The notes: generated by a model not told the origin, from the letters alone. A DNA stretch of 64,000 nucleotides from Armatimonadota bacterium (GCA_038207085.1 JBBRAE010000004.1:96001-160000); one strand, 5' to 3'. Positions 9,616 to 19,221 are shown, counted from the first letter of the stretch. Program-made: numbers and translations.

Positions 9616-10946
9616 AGTTTATTAGCCTCTACCATAGCGCCGTCCGGCAGCGATCGCTCGGGCTGCGTTCTCAAGAGGACTCTATGGAACATATCGAGAT
9701 AGTCGATTCCGATGTTAAACCACGCTGTTCTGCGACCATACTTGTAAGCCAGGTCTTCCATCTTCTGCTTCTTCTCGGGGTTGTCGAGAAGGTCGATGAT
9801 GGCGTCGGCCATCGAATCGGGGTTTTTGAAGTCCACAAGCTCGCCGCGGCCCTCGGAGAGAATCTCCTCGGCGTACAGATACGGCGTGGAGACGATCGCC
9901 TTGCCGCATCCGACGGCGTAGGCAAGCGTGCCGCTCACGATCTGGTCTTTGTTCAGGTACGGTGTGATGTAGACATCAGTTGCGCACAGATACCGAACGA
10001 GTTCGTTTAGCGCGAGGAACCTGTTGTTGAATCGCACATTGTTCGTGAGGTCAAGATTCTTTACGAGGTCAAGCAGGTGGTTTCGGTAGCTTTCACCTTC
10101 CCACTCGCGGACCCCGGGGTGCGTCTCGCCAAGCACGAGGTAAAGCGCGTTCGGGTATTTCTTCTTGACCCTCGCAATTGCCTCGATTGCAAACTCGATG
10201 CCCTTGCCGCGGTTGATCAGCCCGAATGTGGAGATGACCTTGCGGTCGGCGATGCCGAGCGCGCGCTTGACCGAGTTGGTTGAAACCTTGTGCACGTTTG
10301 GAACGCCGTGCGGGATGATGGTGATCTTTTTAGGATCGATCCCGTAGGTGTCCATCAGAATCTGGCGTCCCATCTTGACCATGACGACCATCACCTCGCA
10401 ACGCTCTGCAAGGCCCTGAAGCACACGCTTCTGCTCTGGGTCAGGGTTGTTCAAGACGGTATGGAGGGTCGCGACGGCAGGTTTCTTGAGCGCGTCGATC
10501 AGATCAAGCACATACTCTCCGGCGCTTCCGCCGTAGATGCCGTACTCGTGCTGGATGCTCACGATGTCCACGCTTGAGTCGTTGAGAAATTTCGCCGCGT
10601 CAAGATAGCTCTGGCGGTCGTCGCGCATGATCTGGCTTCGCACGATCCGCCCGTAGGGCTCGATCTCCTGCGAACGCTTCATAGCGACGACGGTAGGCTT
10701 CGAGAATGGGGTATATTTGGCGACCGACTGGACAACGTCCTGGGTAAACGTGGCGATCCCACACTCAGTTGGGGGATAAGTCGCGACGTACGCAGGCTCA
10801 ATATTGTTCATCGACTCCTTAAGGAAGCCGAATAGCTTGCTGTCCTCTGTCTTTAGCCATCTAACTTCGTCCCGAAGAACATAGTCCTCAGGGACATCTG
10901 TGTCATACGGGACCTTCGGGGCGTCCTTTTCTTTATCGTTAGTCAT
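9612..10946 (-). CDS. Glycosyltransferase family 4 (mannosyltransferase-like)
   Basis: TYPP.ECGIATF; IQHEYGIYGG; IPHGVP; TFGL....KGIE; SGTLAYA.G.GKAIVSTPY. Confidence 0.9.
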   Translation of the reverse strand: MTNDKEKDAPKVPYDTDVPEDYVLRDEVRWLKTEDSKLFGFLKESMNNIEPAYVATYPPTECGIATFTQDVVQSVAKYTPFSKPTVVAMKRSQEIEPYGRIVRSQIMRDDRQSYLDAAKFLNDSSVDIVSIQHEYGIYGGSAGEYVLDLIDALKKPAVATLHTVLNNPDPEQKRVLQGLAERCEVMVVMVKMGRQILMDTYGIDPKKITIIPHGVPNVHKVSTNSVKRALGIADRKVISTFGLINRGKGIEFAIEAIARVKKKYPNALYLVLGETHPGVREWEGESYRNHLLDLVKNLDLTNNVRFNNRFLALNELVRYLCATDVYITPYLNKDQIVSGTLAYAVGCGKAIVSTPYLYAEEILSEGRGELVDFKNPDSMADAIIDLLDNPEKKQKMEDLAYKYGRRTAWFNIGIDYLDMFHRVLLRTQPERSLPDGAMVEANKL

Positions 10947-10984
10947 AGTCCTTCCTGGGGCTTAGGCGTGCAGCACGGAAACGA

Positions 10985-11356
10985 TTAGTGCTGTGTACCC
11001 TTCGGTGTGGCGAGCGCAAGCGCCGCCTCGGATTCGCTGTCGAAGATCGGGAAGACCTTCTCAAGACCGGTAATTTCGAAAACCTTGCGGATCTGAATGC
11101 TGCTTGCAACTACGGCGATTCTGCCGCTGTGCTCGCTTGCCCTCTTCAGCCCACCGACCAGCGTACCAAGGCCAGAGCTGTCGATATACTCGACTTCGGC
11201 CATGCTTATGACTACGTTGGGGTTTCCCTGCTCGATGATTTCTATCATAGCGTCACGAAGCATGGAGCAGGTGTAAGCGTCCACTTCGCCAATCAATTGG
11301 ATTACGGGGATTCCTTCTGCCGTCCTTGTGACGATGCGAAGATCCATCTCCATCAT
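10985..11356 (-). CDS. Anti-sigma factor antagonist (STAS; RsbV/SpoIIAA-like)
   Basis: GEVDAYT...LR; YIDSSGLG.LV; KVFEITGL; GAGGAG RBS upstream of 11356. Confidence 0.92.
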   Translation of the reverse strand: MMEMDLRIVTRTAEGIPVIQLIGEVDAYTCSMLRDAMIEIIEQGNPNVVISMAEVEYIDSSGLGTLVGGLKRASEHSGRIAVVASSIQIRKVFEITGLEKVFPIFDSESEAALALATPKGTQH

Positions 11357-11539
11357 TTCAGGCACTCCTCTCAAAGTAGATGACGTGAAAGAATGTCGGC
11401 AATATACTGTGGTCCAAACAGGGCAATGCCGTGAAGGGATCAGCATGTAACGCAGCGACGAGTTCTCCAGTAGTGCTCTATTATTCCGCGTATACGCTGC
11501 GACTGAAACATACCCCCGCGTCAGTCTACGGACGGCTTG

Positions 11540-11569
11540 AGTTTATCACCCGAACGGACTTAATGTCAA
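11540..11569 (-). promoter_or_regulatory. sigma70-type promoter for the STAS-GT operon
   Basis: TTGACA-18bp-TAAACT, with an extended -10 TG. Confidence 0.55.
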
Positions 11570-11724
11570 GCTTCACGAACGGGGTGGGGAGAGCTGTTAG
11601 CTATTAGCTGTCAGCATTTTGCTTCGGACTCTTGTCACGCACCTGTCTCTCTTAACTTCGGTATAATTACCTGGGGTCTGGAGGCCTTTTCTGGAGCGGG
11701 GTGTGGATTTTTTGATCGTGCATT

Positions 11725-11845
11725 GATCGTGCCGTGTCTCCAGACGCGGCACGCATATTTGAGGGGTCTTCTGACCCCGATTCATGCGCTGCGGGGTCAG
11801 AGACCCTGGGAATGTCCGCACCGAGTCTGGAGACTCGGTGCGATC
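11725..11845 (+). repeat. GATC-bounded ~121-bp REPIN-like element (family B), copy 1
   Basis: Reverse-complement homologue at 59144-59264; terminal hairpins with TCCA/TGGA loops. Confidence 0.85.
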
Positions 11846-11884
11846 TATATCGGTGAACCGGTGCGATCGGTTCTCAGCTGAAAC

Positions 11885-12691
11885 TCAACTCTGTTCCGCG
11901 CCGGGGACGGGTTGTCCGGTCGGCTGGGTGTCGCCATTGGTCGATTCCGGGTTTGACGGCGGCCTGTTTCTTAGAATCCTGGAGGCGATGATCGCAACCA
12001 CTATGATCGTTCCAAGGGCGATCCAGATACCCATCGGCACGATCGGTCCCCAGCGGGTCAGCATGAAGTCGACCCGGCCAATCAGGAGCGACATCCTCGC
12101 CATAACCGTAGCGCCGAACATTGCGCCGAAGGCGAACATCAGCATCCAGCGCCCGAGGGTCGCCATCTTTCGGACCGAGGGCGCTTTGTGGTCGATCGAG
12201 AAGAAGAAGTAGGCCATGACAGTCACAAGCACCGCCACAAAGATGATATTGTTCACCATCGAGGACCACGGAGCGCCGGGGACGGGGAGGACCGGCTTGA
12301 ACGACGCCCGCATCATCGGGATGTAGTTGTTCGCGAAGTTCTGGAAGATCATTCCCGCGCTAAGGCCCATAAACAGGCCCATAATGATCCGCGCCACCCA
12401 TGAATGCCGCTGGCTGTAGATGAAGTAGAACATCAGCCCTGGAATAAGCGCAAGCGCCCACCACCACTGGCCCTTGATGGTCATAGCTTCCCACCACGTG
12501 GGTTTCAGGAGCTCAGACCAGGTGACGTAGATGATCTGACCGGCGGCCAGGCCGATGAATATGTGCTCAAATAGCCGGTAAAGCGCGTTTTCTCTGTAGA
12601 GAATCGAGAATATCGCAAAGGTGCAGATCGCGCCTATCCAGTATATGATATATGTCTTGTTCGCCGCTAGAGCGTCAGCAAATCCGTCCAA
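11885..12691 (-). CDS. Uncharacterised multi-pass membrane protein (DUF6754-operon gene 4)
   Basis: WIGAICTFAIFSILYREN.LYRLFEHIFIG; YFFFS; GRWMLMFAFGAMFG.TVMARMSLLIGR; about 7 hydrophobic segments; TTG start. Confidence 0.8.
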   Translation of the reverse strand: MDGFADALAANKTYIIYWIGAICTFAIFSILYRENALYRLFEHIFIGLAAGQIIYVTWSELLKPTWWEAMTIKGQWWWALALIPGLMFYFIYSQRHSWVARIIMGLFMGLSAGMIFQNFANNYIPMMRASFKPVLPVPGAPWSSMVNNIIFVAVLVTVMAYFFFSIDHKAPSVRKMATLGRWMLMFAFGAMFGATVMARMSLLIGRVDFMLTRWGPIVPMGIWIALGTIIVVAIIASRILRNRPPSNPESTNGDTQPTGQPVPGAEQS

Positions 12692-12703
12692 GTGAGAAAA
12701 CCC

Positions 12704-13561
12704 CTATCTTCCGGCCCCGCGCCGTGAAAGCACGTAGCCGATGTTTCCAAGCACGATGAGCGCCATCATCAGGATGTGCGAAGTGGAAAGCGCGCCCTTA
12801 GCTCTGGTCGCAAACCCCTGCACGTGGAGAAGCTGTTCGTACTGCGTCGCTCCGATAAGCCCCGGGAGCATGCCGACGATCTGGTGGGCGTCGAGGTAGT
12901 TGTAGGCCTCTGGAGCCATAACCGCGGTCGGGCAGTAGGCGATCGGCACCCGGTAGGGCTGGCCCATATAGCCGATCCAGAGCGGTAGCGTCGCAGAAGG
13001 CGTGATTTCGACGATCAACCCGACGTTTCGCGCGGATTTTATTCCCTTCATCATCGGGATATCGGAGAGTTTTGTCCCGTTGCGGTCGGTTTTGAGCTGG
13101 CCGACCATGTCCACGCTCATCCCCTGGATGATCAGGTCCATGTAGCCACTCGGTCTCCAGCCTATCGCGACCCAGTCCTTGCCGTATACCTTGCCCATCT
13201 CTTTGGCGATGGTGTTCACTGTGTCGTAGGCAAGAGTCGTCCCCTGCTGGTCAAAGGGCAGGAGCATGAAGGGAACGCCCTTCTGGAACATATGCCGCGC
13301 CATCACTTCGGTCTGCGGCCTGTTCTCTGGGTCCGTGCTCGCCGACCAGATGATCGACATAACGGCGATCTTGCCCTTGGGGACCTTCTCCACGGCGTCG
13401 TAGACTCCCCTTACCTCCTGGGAAACCGGGAGCTGCGGGTTTGGGACGACCTTGTTTAGGACCGGGAAGTAGACCGTCATCATCGGGATCGCGACTACCA
13501 CAAGGAGCAGCACGTAAATGATCCTTCGGTCAATATTTTGAATGTTTATAAGAAATCTCAT
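12704..13561 (-). CDS. Uncharacterised membrane-anchored protein with soluble alpha/beta domain (gene 3)
   Basis: NIDRRIIYVLL N-terminal TM; YGKDWV.IG; TAVMAP...YL..QI.G...GL.GA.QYE; C-terminal TM. Confidence 0.8.
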   Translation of the reverse strand: MRFLINIQNIDRRIIYVLLLVVVAIPMMTVYFPVLNKVVPNPQLPVSQEVRGVYDAVEKVPKGKIAVMSIIWSASTDPENRPQTEVMARHMFQKGVPFMLLPFDQQGTTLAYDTVNTIAKEMGKVYGKDWVAIGWRPSGYMDLIIQGMSVDMVGQLKTDRNGTKLSDIPMMKGIKSARNVGLIVEITPSATLPLWIGYMGQPYRVPIAYCPTAVMAPEAYNYLDAHQIVGMLPGLIGATQYEQLLHVQGFATRAKGALSTSHILMMALIVLGNIGYVLSRRGAGR

Positions 13562-13579
13562 TTAGCGATTACCTGCCGC

Positions 13580-14887
13580 CTACTTGTCGAAATACGCGCC
13601 GCGCTCGAGACTGAGCCAGATTCTAAGACCCATAGCAAGCGCGCCTACACCGATGCCAAACGCCATCCCCCGCTGTGCGGCGGCGTTCGGGATTTCCATA
13701 ATCCAGCCCCGAATGATGTCGAGATGCAGGAACGAAAGGCTCGCCGGGAGCCCGCTTGTAAGCCATATACCGAACGGGACGAACCCGAGCATAACCAAAA
13801 ACGCAGCGATCATCATAAGCGCCGCCTCAGCCGAGCGAATGCGAAACGCTCTGTAAGCCGCCGACACGATGTAGAATGCGACCATCGCGAACATCGAAGC
13901 CTGGAGCTGGGCGAGCCCGCCGTTAAAGAGCACGTCATACCAGGCGCTTCCAAGGGCTTTGGTGTTTCCTCCCGCCCTGCCGTAGGTCTGCATCATTCCA
14001 AAAACGATTATAGCAATGAACGCTACGAAGAAGGCGATACTGCTCGGCCACCCGAGCTTGTGCTTGGCGATCGTCTTGAAGTGGATCGAGAGCAGGTTGA
14101 TGATGCCAAGGAGCAGCGTGAAGCCTCCGATGACACTGCTGACGGTGCCGATCGTGTCTTTATAGCCTGTCAGAAAGTTCGACGACGCAGCGCCTGCGGC
14201 AAGCCCTGCCGACTCAGCCGCGACTGAAATATTCGCTGCGATCGCACCGATTTCTTCGGGAGAATCCGCCGTAGAAAGGCTGTTCTTGGCTGCGGTAGCC
14301 TCAGCAATCGCTCCTTCGGCCTGACCTGATGAGTCGCCTATCTCGGATATATGCTGCTGGATGATCTTTGTGCTCGCGTTGGGTTCAATCATCTTGTCCG
14401 TGAGACGGTGCTCTTTTGAAAAAGCGTTGGCGTTGTCGTTCGCGGTCTTCAGGTCGCGATTGAGATCGGGTTTCAGCTTATCGATCGAGACTCTGGCTTC
14501 GGTCAGGTCCTTGATCGCCGTGTCGAGCTCGCGTGTCGCGGTTGCGATGCGACCTGACTTCTGGCTTGCGCTCAGCTCATTCTTGGGGTAGGCAAGCGGC
14601 TGAAGCGTCTGCGCGGACTGCTGCAGGTGTCTCTGGGCTGCAATGAACCTCGAACGCGCCAACGACGTGTCGTGGGTGCCTGGGATGAAGAACTCGAGCA
14701 TATAGAACCATCCCGCAACAAACGTTGCGCCGATGATCAGTATCTTTCGATACTTTTGCGGCACACGCGTCAGCATGAATAAAAATGCGATTCCGATCAG
14801 AATCGAGCCGATCATATACGCGGCAAGCGCCACACCCTGCTTTGGCACAAATAGTGAAAAGGCCAGGCTGTTACCTAGTCCGATCAT
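13580..14887 (-). CDS. Uncharacterised multi-pass membrane protein with helical insert (gene 2)
   Basis: GGAG RBS before 14887; SMFAMVAFYIVSAAYRAFRIRS.EA; WIM..PN.AAQR...GIG.G.....LRIWL.LER; ~150-aa Ala-rich insert. Confidence 0.8.
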   Translation of the reverse strand: MIGLGNSLAFSLFVPKQGVALAAYMIGSILIGIAFLFMLTRVPQKYRKILIIGATFVAGWFYMLEFFIPGTHDTSLARSRFIAAQRHLQQSAQTLQPLAYPKNELSASQKSGRIATATRELDTAIKDLTEARVSIDKLKPDLNRDLKTANDNANAFSKEHRLTDKMIEPNASTKIIQQHISEIGDSSGQAEGAIAEATAAKNSLSTADSPEEIGAIAANISVAAESAGLAAGAASSNFLTGYKDTIGTVSSVIGGFTLLLGIINLLSIHFKTIAKHKLGWPSSIAFFVAFIAIIVFGMMQTYGRAGGNTKALGSAWYDVLFNGGLAQLQASMFAMVAFYIVSAAYRAFRIRSAEAALMMIAAFLVMLGFVPFGIWLTSGLPASLSFLHLDIIRGWIMEIPNAAAQRGMAFGIGVGALAMGLRIWLSLERGAYFDK

Positions 14888-14900
14888 AAAGAACTCCAAG

Positions 14901-15698
14901 TTATCCCTTCTGGAACGCTTCGCGAAACACCACAAGCGCGTGCTCCATCGAAGGCCAGGTCGATACCGCAAGCACGCTTGCGGCGATGATTCCAAGCACG
15001 ATTATCCCAAGGATCACGGCCTTGCCGTAGTCCTGCCCGACAAGGCTTCCAAGAAGCGTGGGCTCACGCGAAAGATAGGCGCTTGCGGCGTAGTACTCAT
15101 CCCCGATGATCGTATAGTCGCACGTGGCGATAAAAAACGGTATCTGCGTGATCTGAGGCGTGCCCGCGATCTGGATCGCCCCGACCGTGCGCCCGTTTTC
15201 AGCCAGAATCAGCGCTTCAGCGAAGAAGTCGCCGAAGTAAAACACGGACGCGACCTGCTCGCGGTGCATCATACCGATCACACCCGAAGTGTAGGCGAAC
15301 TGGTTGTCCGGCATAAATCGAATGTCTTCGGGGTTGTAGGCGTCCGGGACACCCTCAGCCTCGTAAGCGTCGCGCGCCGACTCCTGGGTGATCGTGTATA
15401 GAATGGAGTCGAGCACCGGGACGATGATCCGTGCCCGATACTTGGCGGCGGATTTTATGACGTGCCCGAGGATCGAAAGCGCCTGAAGGCTTACGATGGA
15501 AAACCCGCTGATTCCCGGTGAAAAGATCATCGGTTTGCCCATCTCGGTTGCCCGGCCCACGGCTTCATCGATCGCCGAAAGCCCGGGGATTCTTCTGATA
15601 AAAAGCCTCCGGCCCGCGCGTGCGGACAGGATCTTGTAGAGAATCAGAAAGACCAGTATTCCCTCAAACAATATGATTGTCAGGTCGGCATGCTGCAT
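14901..15698 (-). CDS. DUF6754-type membrane protein (gene 1)
   Basis: FIRRIPGL.AIDEAVGRATEMGKP; QFAY..G..G...RE; G.FFAEALILAE.G...GAIQIAGT...QIPFF...CDY.IIGDE.YAASAYLS.EP. Family name is from recall. Confidence 0.75.
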   Translation of the reverse strand: MQHADLTIILFEGILVFLILYKILSARAGRRLFIRRIPGLSAIDEAVGRATEMGKPMIFSPGISGFSIVSLQALSILGHVIKSAAKYRARIIVPVLDSILYTITQESARDAYEAEGVPDAYNPEDIRFMPDNQFAYTSGVIGMMHREQVASVFYFGDFFAEALILAENGRTVGAIQIAGTPQITQIPFFIATCDYTIIGDEYYAASAYLSREPTLLGSLVGQDYGKAVILGIIVLGIIAASVLAVSTWPSMEHALVVFREAFQKG

Positions 15699-15751
15699 TT
15701 GTTAGTTCAAAGTGCAGAGTTTAGAGTGGAGAGTGGGAAGCCCGATTGCCC

Positions 15752-15873
15752 GATCGTGCGCGATGTGTATCGCGCACGCAAAGAAGAATTAGGGAGTTCA
15801 CTCCCGATGAATTGACTGAATCCCCATTCACCTTTCTTCTGTTTCGGTCGAGATGAATATCCCGACCCCGATC
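15752..15873 (+). repeat. GATC-bounded ~122-bp REPIN-like element (family C), copy 1, inside inverted heptamer arrays
   Basis: Left half matches 42653-42720; hairpins at both ends; flanked by AGTnnAG-type heptamers and their complements. Confidence 0.8.
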
Positions 15874-15898
15874 AAGGTTCCACTTTACACTTTTAACT

Positions 15899-16198
15899 TT
15901 ACGCTTTACACTCCTTTTGTTCCGCCAATTCTTCTATACGCTGGATCAGGCGTTCAACGTTTTCGCGCACTTGCAGAAATCTGGTGAATCGGGCCATTTT
16001 CTGCGGGCCGAACAGTGGCCCGAGAAACGGCATTGCGACGACCATCGCCTGCCCGGCTACAAAGCTTAGAGGCTTGTGCATCTCAAGAAAGAGCACCGCT
16101 GGCACCTCCAGACGGTGCTTTGCGATGGTCGATGCGGCCTCCTCGATCACCTCTTGGGTTTCCTGCTCGCCGAGCGGTTCGCCTAGTTCATAAAACAT
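15899..16198 (-). CDS. Small hypothetical protein
   Basis: LEVPAVLFLEMHKPLSF...ENVERLIQRIEE; overlaps the upstream gene's stop. Confidence 0.75.
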   Translation of the reverse strand: MFYELGEPLGEQETQEVIEEAASTIAKHRLEVPAVLFLEMHKPLSFVAGQAMVVAMPFLGPLFGPQKMARFTRFLQVRENVERLIQRIEELAEQKECKA

Positions 16199-16634
16199 GT
16201 TCTGTCAGGCCTTTCACCGCTTCCAAAACCTCGGCGCGTTTGTCTCCGAAGCGCACATAAACGCCTCTGTAAGCCTCAAGGCGCGAGTGTCTCGCAAGCG
16301 GACTCAGCTTCACACCCTGGTCGTCTGCATAGACATTCCTCACGTCTTTCCACGCCATCAGGCGCTTGCCGATTGCAGTCGACGCCGAAACGTGGGTTGA
16401 GGTGAAGGTGTAATTCATCGGCAGGAGAAAGTCCGAAAGTGCGCCGAAAAGCGCGAACGCCATCAGCGCCGCAGGAAGCAGGCTGCCATACCAGCCGAGC
16501 GCGAGCACTCCAGTCGCCGCAACCGCACCCAGCACCACCGCAAGCTTTTGCGGCTGTTCTTTCGCGAGATGCACGCGCCAGCGGAGTATCACATTCTCAT
16601 CCCCGACGGCATTGTTCGTTAAGGTATTGCTCAC
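16188..16634 (-). CDS. Membrane protein with two TM helices and a PH-like (YcxB-like) domain
   Basis: Two hydrophobic helices, then a beta-rich W.DVR.V....GVKLSPL...SRLE.YRG segment; GTG start. Confidence 0.7.
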   Translation of the reverse strand: MSNTLTNNAVGDENVILRWRVHLAKEQPQKLAVVLGAVAATGVLALGWYGSLLPAALMAFALFGALSDFLLPMNYTFTSTHVSASTAIGKRLMAWKDVRNVYADDQGVKLSPLARHSRLEAYRGVYVRFGDKRAEVLEAVKGLTEHVL

Positions 16635-16702
16635 TTTTTAATGTAGTCGCCCAGATATTATACGCTCAAAGCCACGGTTTTGGCTTCATATTACTCTCGG
16701 AC

Positions 16703-16731
16703 ATTATAGATGTGGTACCCTGGGGTGTCAA
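16703..16731 (-). promoter_or_regulatory. Consensus sigma70 promoter for the 16634-11885 operon
   Basis: TTGACA-17bp-TATAAT, perfect match on the minus strand. Confidence 0.8.
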
Positions 16732-16901
16732 GCGAGACGCCAAACTGACCCGCGTTCACATTTTGCGTAGAAATTGGCAACGTGCCTGAGCGTGAAATGG
16801 GGTAATTTGCGAATTTATTCTAATGGATCAGGCGAATAATTGACATATATGCTTTCGACGGCTAAACTTGAATATATCCCATCAGACAAGCGAGACTTCT
16901 T

Positions 16902-18110
16902 ATGAAGGCTGAAGATCAGTTTATTATTAATATTGAAGAGCAGGAGGCGGTCCTCTCGGAAAACGATCACCTCAGGCACTATCTGGGGCACTTCGGCGGC
17001 GCGCTTGTGCTGTTTGGACCGGAATGCGTGGTGCTCTGGACGAACCAGGTGACCGAGCAGCGGTTTGGCATTCCCGGCCCGGTCATCGGGATGAACTGCC
17101 ACGACATGAACCACCACACCCCCGAGCAGTGCGATATCTGTCCGATCGGTCGGGCGCTGGCGACTGGCAACGAGGAGCAGGGGATACTCGACCTTGCGAT
17201 CGCCTCCGGGGAACTGCGAAGCTATGAGATAACCGCCACACCCATTCTCGGTTCGTTTGACTGTGCCGGCCAGGTAATGGCGCTCGCTCGGGACGTCACG
17301 GAACGGGTTCGGGTGGAGCGCGAGCTTCACAAACGCACTGAACGTCTGGAGATACAGAACAAGCGGGTGGTGGAGGCTTCCAAGCAGAAAAGCCGCTTTA
17401 TCGCGAGCCTTTCCCACGAGCTTCGCACCCCGCTCACATCGATCATCGGCTTTAGCCAGATTCTTCTTGAAGACACCGACGACCCACTTTCGTCGGGCCA
17501 GAAGAACCTGCTTGGCAAGGTGAACGGCAACGCAGAGCGGCTTCTCGGCATGATAAACGATCTGCTGGACCTCGCCAAAATGGAGTCGGGCCACCTCTCA
17601 GTCAACACAAGCCGTGTAGACCTCTGCTCACTCATCGCTCAGGTGGTCGACACGATGCAGCCTCTTGTGCGCGGCAAGGAGATCGCCCTTTCGTGTCAGA
17701 CCGACGAGAACCTGCCCATCATCCGCACCGACGAGCAGAAGCTGTGCCAGATACTCGTGAACCTCGTCTCAAACGCGATCAAGTTCACCCCTGAGGGCTC
17801 GGTCACGGTTAGCGCCGGGCTTTTGGGGAGCAAAGTGGCGATTTCCGTCACGGACACAGGAATTGGCATCCGCCGCACCGATTTCGGCAAGATATTTGAT
17901 GAGTTCCATCAAGTCGAAGCCCCGCCTGTCCGTCGCGAAGGCACTGGGCTTGGGCTTGCGATCACCCGGCGGCTAGTCTATCTGCTTGGTGGCGAGGTGC
18001 ATGTCTCAAGCAAGCTCGGAGAAGGTTCTACATTCACAGTGACGCTCCCCGTGTCGCTCAGTCAGTCGATTCTCAATCGCAGGTTTGACGACCAGGCTGC
18101 CGGAAAGTAG
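16902..18110 (+). CDS. Cytoplasmic PAS-domain sensor histidine kinase
   Basis: SHELRTPL H-box; NLVSNAIKFT; DTGIGI; GTGLGL; N-terminal PAS domain; no TM segment. Confidence 0.95.
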   Translation: MKAEDQFIINIEEQEAVLSENDHLRHYLGHFGGALVLFGPECVVLWTNQVTEQRFGIPGPVIGMNCHDMNHHTPEQCDICPIGRALATGNEEQGILDLAIASGELRSYEITATPILGSFDCAGQVMALARDVTERVRVERELHKRTERLEIQNKRVVEASKQKSRFIASLSHELRTPLTSIIGFSQILLEDTDDPLSSGQKNLLGKVNGNAERLLGMINDLLDLAKMESGHLSVNTSRVDLCSLIAQVVDTMQPLVRGKEIALSCQTDENLPIIRTDEQKLCQILVNLVSNAIKFTPEGSVTVSAGLLGSKVAISVTDTGIGIRRTDFGKIFDEFHQVEAPPVRREGTGLGLAITRRLVYLLGGEVHVSSKLGEGSTFTVTLPVSLSQSILNRRFDDQAAGK

Positions 18111-18136
18111 CAATCAGCCTTTCTCCGTGACTCCGA

Positions 18137-18165
18137 TTGACAATCCACCCGCCCACTGGTAGGAT
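18137..18165 (+). promoter_or_regulatory. sigma70 promoter of the LacI gene
   Basis: TTGACA-17bp-TAGGAT, with an extended TG. Confidence 0.6.
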
Positions 18166-18193
18166 AATTACGCCAACAGTTTGCATTATCCAC

Positions 18194-19171
18194 ATGAAGA
18201 ACAACACCGTCAATCAGGAAACGATCGCGAGGATGCTTAATGTGTCCCGGAGCACCGTTACCAAGGTGCTGAACCACGACCCCGTCTACAGGGTGTCGGC
18301 GGAGACGCGCGAGCTTATCTTGAAGACGGCCGCCGACATCGGGTTTCATCTGCGGCGACGGAGGACGGGGAACATCGGGTTCATCGTCTGTGGCGAGGTC
18401 CATTCGGCGATGCACGAGACGCATCAGGCCGTCTGCGAAGAGGCTGTAGAGCTCGGGTACCGGGTGTTTTTCGTCAATAAGCCTCCGAATCCTACTTATA
18501 GAGACATCAGCCTGTCGGTGAACCCGCTTGCGGCCGACGGGGTGATTCTGATCGGCGACGTACTGCCTGAGGTCGCTTGTCAGTTGAGCATGGTGATGCC
18601 GACGGTGGTCGTCGACCCTTACACGACCATCCCTGATGTTGACAACGTCTGCGCCGACCACGCCCTGCTCTCAAGGCGACTAAACGAGCTCATTATCAGC
18701 TGCGGGCACGAGCGTTATGCGATCATAGTCGACACCCGGAAGGGTCAGCACAACTCGACCGCGCTTGCGGGGTGCAGTGCGGCGCTCAAAGCCGCGGGAC
18801 TCAAGTTCGACAATACGCTGGTCTGGGAGAAGTCCGGCAAGCTCTATCCCAAGCTTATAGCCGATGTGCTCGCTCACCCCGCGAGCCCGACGGCGATCCT
18901 CGCCTTCACCACCTCCGACCACCCAGCGATCCTTTCGACACTTTTTGCGCTCGGGCATCTCGTCCCCGAGCATATCAGCTACGTCGGCTGGGCGACTTCA
19001 TACTTTTCAAGCCTTTCCGCCTTCCCCAAAATCACCTGCCTCGACTCCTACAACCAAGTGATGGCCAAAACCGCCGTCCGCCGCCTTATGGAGCGAATAG
19101 AAACCCGCGACCTGCCGGTCGAGGACATCGTGATAGATGTCGATATCGAGCGCGGGGAGACGCTTTTGTAG
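18194..19171 (+). CDS. LacI family transcriptional regulator
   Basis: IARMLNVSRSTVTKVLN HTH; VS.ETR..I...A..IG; VPEHIS.VG; RGET end. Confidence 0.9.
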   Translation: MKNNTVNQETIARMLNVSRSTVTKVLNHDPVYRVSAETRELILKTAADIGFHLRRRRTGNIGFIVCGEVHSAMHETHQAVCEEAVELGYRVFFVNKPPNPTYRDISLSVNPLAADGVILIGDVLPEVACQLSMVMPTVVVDPYTTIPDVDNVCADHALLSRRLNELIISCGHERYAIIVDTRKGQHNSTALAGCSAALKAAGLKFDNTLVWEKSGKLYPKLIADVLAHPASPTAILAFTTSDHPAILSTLFALGHLVPEHISYVGWATSYFSSLSAFPKITCLDSYNQVMAKTAVRRLMERIETRDLPVEDIVIDVDIERGETLL

Positions 19172-19221
19172 ATCAAGTAGGAATTAGGGATTAGCTCCCG
19201 AGGATTGGCCTGTGTTGATTC

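Noticed and set aside
11400..11540. Known riboswitch upstream of the STAS gene
   Set aside because: No c-di-AMP, c-di-GMP, TPP, SAM or cobalamin consensus is recognisable by eye.
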